A stretch of DNA of 64,000 nucleotides from Octopus vulgaris (Eukaryota). Below are positions 12,497 to 24,183 of this stretch, in pieces. How positions within the stretch are numbered: position 1 is the first letter of the stretch; each line of letters begins with the position of its first letter. A model generated the notes under the pieces. That model searched no databases. It saw only the letters and a program-made list of their open reading frames with translations, and was not told the DNA's origin. The stretch is taken from positions 31,372,001-31,436,000 of the forward strand of contig OX597817.1 in the NCBI GenBank assembly GCA_951406725.2, read 5' to 3'. The position numbers and the translations under genes were made by a program.

Positions 12497-13010
12497 TAGC
12501 AGTATCGCCCGGCGTTGCTCGGGTTTGTAAGGGAAATAACTATATAAGCATTTTTAGAGAGTTACTTCCTTTATAGATGCCAATTCGGGTTTTCTTAGCC
12601 ATTTCTGTTTTGGTGTCTTCAAGCCATGAAGTCGTTGTTCTAAAAGAACGCTGGTCTCCTTGACAACGCTTTACGACGTTGATTTCCTTACACTCCCTTC
12701 CCCACAGCTTCACGAGGGAGGGAAGAAGGGGAGAAGCAAACACAGGTGCAGGTGTTTGAGCGTGGACGCCAACTCCGCCGCCATCGACACACAAAAAATT
12801 ATGCATTAAAATGGAATAAAAAATGATGTTAAATTATTTTTTAAATCGTAGACTCATCGTAGACGCGCGCTAATAGCCAGACAGGATTGATATTAATCAC
12901 GACTATAAGATACCTGAATTTGGTTAAACTGCACCGCAAAATGTGGGAGGAGTTAGGAATCTAAATCGTAGGAGACAGACACTCACACAACTACAGTTTT
13001 ATATATATAG

Positions 13011-13011
<1 letters not shown>
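12496..13011 (-). mobile_element. non-autonomous Helitron with an extra internal segment
   Basis: 5' TC, 3' hairpin CCCGAGCAACGCCGGG followed by CTAG, inserted between A and T; termini shared with the 22958 and 33862 copies. Confidence 0.85.
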
Positions 13012-13064
<53 letters not shown>

Positions 13065-13399
13065 CTTGTAGCTCAATATCCATTAATACATCTCATTAAT
13101 TGACAGTAATAATTATAGGAGGGGACAACAGTAATAAAGGAGAAGGAAAAAATATTCAGAAGGAAACAGGTGAGGATTGAGAAGTGGAGAAAGAAAAAGG
13201 AAGCCATCATCATCATTATCATCATCATCATCATCATGTGGTGGAGAAAGAAATGTGCAGGAAGGGTAAGAGGTGGTGGTAGAGGATTAGGGGCCAAAGT
13301 ATCAGTTAGGAAAAAAAACACAAAAGGAAAATCAAGAGAATCGCAGCATAATACGCTTTTTCATAATCAAAATATACAAATATTTATTTATTTAATCCT

Positions 13400-13524
13400 C
13401 ACTCTCTCTTTTCTTTCTTCCTCACCCTCTGCTTTCTCTCTCTCTCTCTCTGTCTCTCTCTCTCTCATTCTCTTCTCACTCTCTCTCTCATTCTCTCCTT
13501 CTCTCTCTCATTCTCTCATTCTCT

Positions 13525-13559
<35 letters not shown>

Positions 13560-13595
13560 GCTTTTCCCCTCACTCTCATTTTGTCCCTCTCTTTC
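13400..13595 (+). promoter_or_regulatory. CT-rich tract upstream of a candidate first exon
   Basis: (CT)n-rich tract ~240 bp upstream of the ATG at 13832; the role is inferred. Confidence 0.3.
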
Positions 13596-13831
13596 AAACG
13601 AAGGGAACAGTGTACGTTTAAGTTATTTTTATTGTTTTTCGATACTTTTTTTATTTTGTTTTCTTTTCGTTTTGGATTTTTTTTTTTGGTTTTTGGTTTT
13701 TTTTTTCTATCTTCCTTGGGTTATACAGATAATATAATAATGGTTGTCGGACAGAGAAAGAGAGAACTGAGAACCAGGAAGTGCTTTCAAAGGAAAGGGG
13801 GATTAAATTCCTACTGTTGCCATCTGTGGCA

Positions 13832-13863
13832 ATGAACAGAACCAGCAAAGAATTCAGTGTCAG
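13832..13863 (+). CDS. candidate first coding exon (MNRTSKEFSV+AG, phase-2 donor)
   Basis: GGCAATG start, CAG|GTAAAC donor, non-repetitive sequence following a CT-rich tract; could instead be a non-coding 5' exon. Confidence 0.4.
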
Positions 13864-14245
13864 GTAAACCAAAACTTACTGATTAATGTTTTCTTAAGGG
13901 AAAACACCAACAACTAGAAGTGTTTATGAGCGTCTAAATCTAAACTTTATATGTTGCCCCTTTGGGCTACTGAAAGTATTTAGCTACTTAAGATAACATT
14001 TCGAAAAAATACATTTCTTCTTTAACTCCTAAAGTCAACTTTGGCCGAAGTTTCAAATGGGATCAGTTTTGCGTTCATGCTGTGACCGTGGTTCTCTTTC
14101 ATTTCTAATTATGCGTGTGTATGTGTTGGTTTATGTGCATGCTGGGAGTATATGAGTGCGTGCCTTTATATGTATGTGTGTGCGTGTATGATGAAGGTTG
14201 TGTCTTTAAAATAGATTTTTTTTGTATAAGCAACAGTCTACATTC

Positions 14246-14294
<49 letters not shown>

Positions 14295-14334
14295 CATGTA
14301 TGTATGTGTATATATATATATATGTATGCGTATA

Positions 14335-14370
<36 letters not shown>

Positions 14371-14408
14371 TGTATGAATGTATGTATGTATATCTGTGTG
14401 TGTATATA

Positions 14409-14475
<67 letters not shown>

Positions 14476-14484
14476 TATATATAT

Positions 14485-14539
<55 letters not shown>

Positions 14540-14565
14540 TATATATATCTATACATATATACATG

Positions 14566-14624
<59 letters not shown>

Positions 14625-14950
14625 GTATATATATGCATATATATATGTATATATATACATATATATATATGTTTATGTAAATAATTATGCATATATATAT
14701 GTATGTAAGTATATATATATATATATATATACATATGTTTATATATATACACATATATATATGTATATATATATATATATATATACATATATATGTATGT
14801 ATATATATATATCTATATACATATATATAATTCATATATAATATTTATATATATAAATATATTTATATAAATATATATGTATAAATATATCTATAAATAT
14901 ATATTTCTATATATATATATTTATATTTATATATTTACATATATATATAA
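14246..14950. repeat. long degenerate (TA)n/(TATG)n tract
   Basis: direct reading. Confidence 0.95.
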
Positions 14951-15040
14951 ATGTACTCATATAATGGCCTGTCAATATACATATAATCTGTAATAATCTG
15001 TACACATGCACACAAGTGCATGTGTGTGTGTGCGCGCGTG

Positions 15041-15150
15041 TATGTGGCTCCCGGTTCAGTCACATCTTGTAGCTTCTTGAGCAAGTGTCTTCTACTATGG
15101 CTTGTGAGTGGATCTGGTAGTTAGAAACTGAAAGAAGCCCATCGTACATG
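15041..15150 (+). mobile_element. degenerate SINE family A 5' fragment
   Basis: GCAAGTGTCTTCTACTAT..CTTGTGAGTGGAT..GAAACTGAAAGAAGCCC. Confidence 0.7.
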
Positions 15151-15327
15151 TATATATATATAAATATATATACACCGGAGTCTGCACATAAATGTGAAAC
15201 AAAGTGGAAAAAAGAGTACTCAAATACCAGAGGTAGAGTAATATGGTTTAATTAAAATTTGTCGAGATACTTGCAGTTTATGAAAATATCCGATCTACAA
15301 TTCAGTTGGTTGATAGATTACGGAACC

Positions 15328-15399
<72 letters not shown>

Positions 15400-15517
15400 G
15401 TATAAGTGCGTGTGTGTGCACGCACGCATGTGTATATACATATATGTATGTATCATATGCATATATATATATGAGTATGTTTGTGTGAATGTGTAAGCTT
15501 GTATGCATGTGTGTATG

Positions 15518-15568
<51 letters not shown>

Positions 15569-15699
15569 GTTTAAAAATAATGTGAAATATACATGCAGAA
15601 TAAACCCTATGTGTATTTTAGATATATAAATTACGTTATATGTATATGTTGCTTGTGCCCATTAGTAACTGGCTCCCCTGTAAAGTCTACAAGCGTTCG

Positions 15700-16950
15700 A
15701 AATCATTAAAGAACTGAAGAATATTTGTGAGAAATATATTTATATCTTAAATATCCGGGTTTCTTGCCGGCAACGGATTAATTTTCAAAGAACGAGATAA
15801 GTTCTGTGGCTCACATAACTTTCCTGGGTGTATTGGCACTGCAATTGGTGTAAATTGGCATCAATTGCAAATTGAAACCCCAATGCACTCTCGTTCTTTT
15901 GAGAGCTTTCCGTTAACTGTTACATCTGTTAGAATATGATATGCGGCAAAAATATTATTTCATTTGATTACATCTCTCACAGCGGAAGTCGTGTAGGCAA
16001 TGAAATCGATGCTAATATATTTATCAAACATTGGAGTGAGGAGAATCAAATTCATGTCTAGCTATATTTGAGCTGTAATAAACTATGTAGCATAGTGAGA
16101 GAAATCTGACCCTGCGCCCTCTGCAGCAATTCTTCTGCTCTGAATGAAAAGCTATTTCCTTTCTTTTGGTAAGTGACCACAATTTTAAAGGGAATTATGC
16201 TACACATAAAAGTAATGTAATAACAACTATTTTATTCTCGAAAGGGGACTGGTAAGATATAACAGAATAGTGAGACACAAATCCTGGACATGCTGTGTTT
16301 TTGGTCGTTGCATATCTGCTGCTTCCATAATGATTAACAGTTGAGAAACAAATATCTTCCTGTAAAGAGCGCTAACTAAACACAATTAGCTTTTGCTGTG
16401 GAAAGAAATGTACCAGTTAATGTATCATTCATTTCATTATACTTCTGTTGCTTATATGAATGCATCTTACCACATCAGCCCTGTCAGAGCATGCTACAAA
16501 GGAAGCTTCAACTGAAGAAATGAGAAGCAGATACAATTGGCAAACGAGGAGTTTGGCTCGGAAATTCTTATGCCAGACACGGCGAAAGGCTCTGCTAATG
16601 TTAAATGTAATGGCGTTGTTTACTCAGAATGTTTTAAGGGTGAGCAGGACCCATGAAGATCTACTGCTATAATATGTGGTTACCATACTGGATGTCATCG
16701 AGATAGGAGAGAGAGTCTAATGTTTTAGGAAATGCTACGGCTTTTCATCATTTTTAAAATTTCGCTTGCTGTCTTAGATATAGAACACATTGCAGATTAG
16801 GTCCCAATAGGGGTACAAAGATTGGAAGATTATGCGAAGAGTTCCTTTGAAGCAAAGTGCTTGAGGGTATTAAGAAGAATACTGCCAAAGTTGTTGGGTT
16901 TGCTGCCCCAAGGAAACCGGAACATTTTTCTCATTTGGCTTGCATCTGTG
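15700..16950 (-). mobile_element. degenerate CR1-like LINE relic
   Basis: minus-strand FNISRAFRRVWHKNFRAKL (~16610-16550) resembles the RT motif DISKAFDRVWHxxLLxKL; boundaries approximate. Confidence 0.6.
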
Positions 16951-17365
16951 TGTAGCTGTTGAACTGTCGCATGATAATATTAATTGCAGATAATCTAGAA
17001 TATTCGACTTCTAGATTTGCTACATATGTGTGCAACAGGGAATGCATGAGCCAAGAGAAGTTGCGAACATTAGAGTCACAAGGTATGATAACAGAGCGAG
17101 GTGAAGTGAGATATGTACCATCGACACAGGGCAAGAAATAATCAGCTGTTAATCAAATAAACCAGGTACTCTAGCTGTAATTTGAGAGACATTATTTAGT
17201 CGCTATTTCTAACTGGTCGAGCAGCCGTTTAGTGGATCGTTGACCCGACTCCTTAAAATCAACCTTGGCAAGATTTGAAATCAGAACATAAAACGGAATA
17301 TGATATTGTTTTCGAACTCTTCTACAAACTGCCTCGTGCCTTACTCACAGCAATAATTACATTGA

Positions 17366-17515
17366 GATGATGATGACGATGATAATGATGATGGTGGTGG
17401 TGAGGATGGTTGCGATGATGGTGATGATGATGATGACGACGACGACGACGGCGACGATGATGATGATGATGATGATGACGACGACGATGATGACAATTGC
17501 GATGACGGTGGCGAT
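17366..17515. repeat. (GAT/GAC/GGT)n degenerate trinucleotide repeat
   Basis: direct reading. Confidence 0.9.
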
Positions 17516-17859
17516 AAAGAATGAATAAATTATAAAATTTATAAGATGACTATCCTTAGATGACAAGATGTGTACTCTAAAGATTTGTAGATAGCTGAAA
17601 AAGCACGGGTCTCCCCCATCCCTATTTGAATGGTGGGTTTAAAGTTGAAAATGTCAGCAATGTGTTCAAGAAAACGGGGATCCGAGAAACGGCAGAAAGT
17701 TTTGTTTATTTCATTTTTTATCAGTTTAATCTCAAATGGGTTCAACCCGTGCAAAACTGACTGATTTCTGTGTGATAAAGTTTGTGTAAGAAACAAAAAA
17801 TTTCGGAAGATGTGTTAAGGCGAGAACGAAGGCTGGAAGGTAGAAAGGTTGCGATTATC

Positions 17860-17927
17860 ATGACGACGACGACAATGATGGTGGTGGTGGTGATGATGAT
17901 GATGATGATGATGATAATGATGACGAG

Positions 17928-17959
<32 letters not shown>

Positions 17960-17973
17960 GATGATGATGATAG

Positions 17974-18007
<34 letters not shown>

Positions 18008-18105
18008 GGTGGTGGTGGTGATGATGATGGTGGTGATGATGGCTTGGTGATGATGATGGTGGTGATGATGGCTTGGTGATGGTGGTGGTGGTGGTGGTGG
18101 CGGTG
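17860..18105. repeat. (GAT/GGT)n trinucleotide repeat
   Basis: direct reading; source of the spurious poly-His and poly-Ser ORFs. Confidence 0.92.
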
Positions 18106-18360
18106 TAGATAACAAGTACAAGGAAAAAGAATGTTGGTGTACAATACTCAAAACGCCTACATAATGAAACTGAACTCGGCAGATGGAGTGTCGATTGGTC
18201 CAGCATGCAATTAAAATGTTCAGGGCTTTATTTATTATTTAGTTGTAAAACATAATATGAGAATAAAATAAGTACGATAAGTCGACGGGGAAAACAAGAC
18301 GTAAAGTTGATTGAGATTAGGGCCTGAAGTAGAAGCGTGATATTCCACGTGTATTAGAGA

Positions 18361-18552
18361 TACTCTTTTTACTCTTTACTCTTTTACTTGTTTCAGTCAT
18401 TTGACTGTGGCCATGCTGGAGCACCGCCTTTAGTCGAGTAAATCGACCCCAGGACTTATTCTTTGTAAGCCTAGTACCTACTCTATCGGTTTCATTTTGC
18501 CGAACCGCTAGCTTACGGGGACGTAAACAAACCAACATCGGTTGTCAAGCGA
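18361..18552 (-). mobile_element. SINE family A, 3' half
   Basis: matches the family A tail. Confidence 0.88.
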
Positions 18553-18554
18553 TT

Positions 18555-19229
18555 TTAGCACAAGGTCAGCAATTTTAGCGGGAGAGAGTAAGTCGATTAC
18601 TTTGACCTCAGTACTTGATTGGTGCGTATTTTATCGACCCCGAAGGGATGAAAGGCAAAGTTAACCTTGGAGAAATTTTAACTCAGAACGTAAAGAGCCG
18701 GCCTGCTAACAATTCTGCCATTGTGATGAATAGGGCCAACAGCCTTTGATGGAAGGGAGAAGTCGATTACATCGACCCCAAAAGTTTGAAAAGCAATGTC
18801 GACCGCGGCGGAATTTGGGCCCAGAACTTAAGACGGACGCAATGCATTTTATCCGGCGTGCTAATGATTCTGTCAGCTCATCCCTTAATAATAAACATTA
18901 TCATTACTATAAGCACAAAGCCTGAAATTTTGAGGGAAAGGATAGCCGATTACATCGACCCTAAGCATTTTGTCCGACGTACAAGCTATTCTTTTAGCTC
19001 GCCACCTTAATAGTAACGGTTTCAAATTTTGACACAAAAGTAGTAACTTCGGAGGAGGAGATAAATCGATCACATCGACCCCAGTGCTCAAACGGTATTT
19101 ATCTTATAGACCACAAAAGGATGACAAAGTAAAGTCGACCTCGGCCGAATTTGAACTCAGATCGTAAAGGCGAACGTAATGCCGCTAAGCATTTTCCGGC
19201 GTGCTAACGGTTCTGCCAGCTCATCGCCT
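18555..19229 (-). mobile_element. cluster of about four degenerate short-form SINE B copies in tandem
   Basis: repeated GTCGATTACATCGACCCC / GGAATTTGAACTCAGA / CTGCCAGCTC blocks. Confidence 0.8.
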
Positions 19230-19619
19230 TTTTTTTTTTTTTTTTGAGATGAACAGATAATGAAAGTGTTTCATAATGACATTTCCTATATAATTATATA
19301 ATTTACGCTATTTTTCGAATATCAAATTTAAAATAAAAGCTCATGGATAGTGTTTGTTGGTACTTTGCTATTGCTATAGATGTTCATCTACGTTCTTAGA
19401 TGTTCATTCTGGAAGATATCTTGTATAGCTTGATATTTTGTTTTGTACTCGTTATTTTTGCATTTTTCTATATCTTAGCTACTAATGTGTTCAAATATTC
19501 ATATTGAGTTGAGTTTATTTTTTATTTCTTTATTAACTGCAATAACAATACGAACAACTTCACCCAGTAAAATCCCACAAACCAACACCTATAGTATAAT
19601 ACATGAAATAAATATATCC

Positions 19620-19945
19620 TACTTATAGAGCAGATTAATAGACTGAGGCCCTTCATCAGTTGTATGACTCATAAGCTCGGAGCTTTACCCAGTTTTCATG
19701 ACGTATAAATAACTGAGGTTACAACTCTACTTTCCATTGAATAGAACGCTAGTCTGTTGTAGGATTAACTTCCCAGATATTACTGAAACTCATTAGCAAC
19801 TGAGCGGAGTAGAGCAACGGGAAGTGGAGTAGAGCAACGGGAAATGAAGTGTTTTTCTTAAGAGCACAACGCACCAGTCGGTCCGAGAGTAGAAAACATG
19901 GTCCTACAATCGAAAATGCAGCACACCTAACCTCTAGGCAACGAA
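19620..19945 (-). mobile_element. degenerate tRNA-headed SINE-like element
   Basis: minus strand TTGCCTAGAGGTTAGGTGTGCTGCA resembles an A-box head. Confidence 0.45.
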
Positions 19946-22037
19946 CCTTCACTTGAATAAGTCAGTTCAAAACGAATGCAGCATGTATTACATATAACCG
20001 CCAGCAATCCGTAATAATATATTACAAAAAAAAAGAACAAAATAGAATTTAAAACCTTCTCATTAAGTCTGTAAACCACAGAATAGACTTCAGACAACCA
20101 GCATGATGTATCAATTTTGATGCAAACGAGAAACATAAACTTCGTTTCTCGAAATATCATGTTGTGCACATAAGCATAACACTTTCTCGTCCAATGATTA
20201 TACATTTACAATAAGGTACCATTATATTAGATTGCAACACAGAAAAAAGAAGGAAACATTAGGTAGCAAAATCATTGCTGATATCAATAACAACTCGTAT
20301 AGAATTTTATTTTAAATACATTTGATGGGGAAGCTTTATTAATGAAAAATATTTACACACTAAAATTTGTTTTCTATTTTGTAATAAGGATAAGTAGCCG
20401 TGCAATAAAATAAGAAATTAACTAAGTTAACAGTTAAACGTATATTAAATTCGCATATGTTGATCTTATCTGTTAAAAGTGCATCCTCTTGATCCTTATC
20501 ACCTGCAAAAAACGCGGCTAAAACTGCAACAAAAACTACTTCATTCGGAGGATAAGACCGAAAATATTTAGTAAGTTTAAAGTAATTAGAAACGTTCAGA
20601 TTTCCAACTAATCATAATTTATGATAAAGGAAATATGAAAAAAATCATCAATATCATAAATTACATTCGAACACAGCCGTGTCGGGAAACGTTGATAGAC
20701 TTAGATAGTTAACTATTCCAAAGTAATCTAAACTATTGAACAAATAAAAAGAAATCGTTATGAAAAAACATGAAGCTTCAATACAGCCGTATTTCCAACA
20801 TAATGGGTGAATTAATCAAAGAACATACATTGAAAGTTAATCAAATAAATCGTTAAAGAACGCTAGTAATCTGGTCACTGACACAATGTCATTGTGTATC
20901 ATGAAAGTCAATTCGTGGTCAGTTTAAATAAAAAGGCATATAAAAATGGCTAGTAACTGACTTTCAAGAAATGCCGTGGAACTGTCTATGAACATGTTAT
21001 AGAATTACGATGAAATGTTTTGGCATTTTGAGAAATATACGAAAGTGACTATAACATGTTCCAATGTATTTGGCTTTCGATAAATATATCCACCTCTTCG
21101 TTATTTTGATTTGTTGCCGGGATAATATTTGTCACAAATTCATCAAAGATAATCTAAACGAAAGAACTATTTTGAATCGAGTACAGACATTTTTTCGTCT
21201 CTTTACACAGTTCTTCATAAGAACTATGTCAGCCTAACATGTTCCCGAAACTAAGGGTGACTAAACTATTATAGAAACAGATGATATGACACATTATGAC
21301 GTGAAATTTATTAGTCTCAGAGGCTAAATCCCGAAGAAAAAGATATTTTAGATATTGTACAAAAGAAAAATAAAAAAATAGCACATGTCAACACATACAC
21401 CAAAACCTTTTAAACAAGAAATAAGAGCAACGCACAATGCACATGTTTTAACCAAAACATGTCAGCGTTTCTTTAACCCCTACATACACAAATACACCAC
21501 AGTTATATACACCCACACATTGCACAAACATATAGAGTGTGTATGTATCTGTATATATATATTCTATATGTGTATATACATATATATATTATATGTGTGA
21601 ATTTATGTATGTATATGTGTGTGCGTTTGTGTATTATATGTGTGTGTATATATATATATCATATATGTGTGTATGTGTATATATATATATATGTATATAT
21701 ATATTATGTGTGTATATATATATATATATAAATATATATATGTATATATATATATACATATATATATATACAAACACACATATATTTTTGAATATATTTC
21801 ATATACATTGATATATATTTAATCCTTCTTCAGCAAGTTTCCATTGAAAAAGATTTATATAGATTTATCATGTAGTACCTCAAACCTTCGACCATGCGAA
21901 TCAAAATATTTGAAGAAAGTAGCAAAAGTAAACCTATAGACGTTTGAATCGTAAATCTTCCTCAAAATTTTGCCATGACTACAAAATAGTTCCATAAGAT
22001 TGGGAACTATTGTCATAATGGGAAAATCCAAATAGTA

Positions 22038-22556
22038 ATATAAAGAGTAAATTTTCATAAAGGCTTAAAAATACCCCATATTTACTGGTAGAATTCGGTA
22101 TGTAAATAGCGATTACGCAGGTTGATAGTATATATATGTATATAAGAAAAGGACATATGGAAAATTTGGAGGAAGATTTACGAATAAACGTCTATGTAGT
22201 TTGCTTGTCATTTCTTCAAATATTTTGTCATGGTCATATATATATAATGTATATATATATATCAAAAATATATATGAAATATATATTCATATTTTATAAT
22301 CAGCATGATGTCAGATAACCGCCAGACTGTTTTCGTTATCTATTCTTCGTTTTGATATGTGAATTACAGTTTGTCGCCGGCAATTGAAATACATTCTTGA
22401 CTGCTATTTCTATTTTTTCGTATCGGTCAGCAACCGTTGCCTGTCCTTTTTTTATATATATATTATGAACACAGTTCAATCGGTATATTTACATACAATT
22501 CTACCAGTAAATAATTGGGTTTTTTAAAAGCCTTTATAGAAATTATTTACTCTTAT

Positions 22557-22562
<6 letters not shown>
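22038..22562. repeat. ~80-bp imperfect inverted repeat (22038-22115 / 22478-22562)
   Basis: TATTTACTGGTAGAATT / AATTCTACCAGTAAATA and flanks. Confidence 0.75.
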
Positions 22563-22599
<37 letters not shown>

Positions 22600-22816
22600 G
22601 AATGATGTGAAGGGTTTAGTTCACTTGTGATCTAAACGAATAGGTACGCTGGGTGAGTGCTATAGAATTCGGCCGTTAGGTTCCAAGATCATTGTTCAGG
22701 CTACATCTGTGGATCTGTGTTAGAGTTCCGTTATAGCAGGCATATATTATTTTAGAGGAAAAATCAAAACCAAGGCAAAACAAATAGCTCAAGTTAGTTA
22801 CATTAATTTAATTTGA

Positions 22817-22894
22817 TGTCTTACAACCGTTTCTAGGATAACCCAAGTGGTAGGTTAGCATGTCCATGCACCGGGTGTTCTGTCATCAGAGACA
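22817..22894 (-). ncRNA. minimal type-I hammerhead ribozyme motif (partly degenerate)
   Basis: minus strand: TGTCT-CTGATGA-[long imperfect stem II]-GAAAC-GGTT-GTA-AGACA. Confidence 0.6.
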
Positions 22895-22957
22895 AGGTAT
22901 GAATAATTTAGAGAGGGAAAATTCTTACAGTTTACAAGGAATAAAATTCACAGTTTA

Positions 22958-23262
22958 TCTTTATATATAAAACTGAAGTTGTGTGAGAGTCTGTCTCCTC
23001 CGATTTAGATTCCTAACTACTCCCACATTTTGCGGTGCAGTTTAACCAAAAGCGGGTATCTTATAGTCGTGATTCATATCGAGCCCTTCTGGGTACTAGC
23101 GCGTTTCTACGATGAGTCTACGATTTTAAAAAAAATTTACCATCATTTTTTCGTTTTTTTAATGCAATTTTTGCTCGGTTTATATAAGGGAAGTAACTCT
23201 CTAAAAATGCTTATATAGTTATTTCCCTTACAAACCCGAGCAACGCCGGGCGATACTGCTAG
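22958..23262 (+). mobile_element. non-autonomous Helitron
   Basis: A|TC ... CCCGAGCAACGCCGGG ... CTAG|T. Confidence 0.88.
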
Positions 23263-23761
23263 TAATGTATAAAATAGAAGAATTAAGGAGTAAGAGAGAA
23301 GAATAAAGAGTAAAAGTAGTTTGAAGAATATAGGCAGGAGAATAATGTCCACAACTCATCTTTTTCCAGAGGATATGGATGTTGGTCGGTAGTTCCATGA
23401 AGATACAGGTTTTTGGTTAAAATCCCAAGTAAATCCAGGCAGTATTTTGGTAGTACTTTGAATGATGTATTCATATTGTGAATGTATATATGGAAAGTGT
23501 GATGGACATGAATGGGTTTGTGAGTTGGTTACGAGAGTGAAAAAGAGGAGAAAGAGAGAGAGATAGGAGAAAGGAATAAAAAATAAGATAGTGGTAAAAG
23601 AGTAAAAAAATAAAGAATTAAAATAAAAAATTGGAATGATATAAGTCATACATTAGCTTGTATGAGATTTGAAATTGTAACGAGGCGATACCATATTGAC
23701 TGAAAAAATTTTCTCTGGGAAATAATCGTTGAGACAGTTATAGTATTCTCTTTGTAGTTTT

Positions 23762-23978
23762 TTTCTTTCGCTTGTTTCAGTCATTTGACTGCGGCCATGC
23801 TTGAGCACTGCCTTTTTTTGTAATCGAGCAACTCGACCCCGGGACTTATTCTTTTGTAAGCCCAGTACTTACTCTATCGGTCTCCTTTGCCGAACCGCTA
23901 AGTTACGGGGACGTAAACACACCAGCATCGGTTGTCAAGCAATGCTGGGGGGACAAACACACACACACAAACACATAA

Positions 23979-24011
<33 letters not shown>

Positions 24012-24183
24012 CATATACACGACAGGCTTCTTTCAGTTTCCGTCTACCAAATCCACTCACAAGGCATTGGTCGGCCCGGGGCTATAGCAGAAGACACTTG
24101 CCCAAGATGCCACGCAGTGGGACTGAACCCGGAACCATGTGGTTGGTTAGCAAGCTACTTACCACACAGCCACTCCTGCGCCT
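23762..24183 (-). mobile_element. SINE family A, full length
   Basis: head AGGCGCAGGAGTGGCTGTGTGG, B box GGTTCAGTCCC, internal microsatellite. Confidence 0.92.

Noticed and set aside
13170-13835. 221-aa ORF
   Set aside because: Low-complexity (ATC)n, (CT)n and poly-T translation that starts at GTG; more likely promoter/UTR.
17742-18206. Poly-His ORF suggesting a metal-binding protein
   Set aside because: A (GAT/GGT)n repeat open in several frames, with no domain or splice evidence.
20200-21350. Unique-looking AT-rich stretch, possibly a decayed transposase
   Set aside because: No recognisable motif or ORF.
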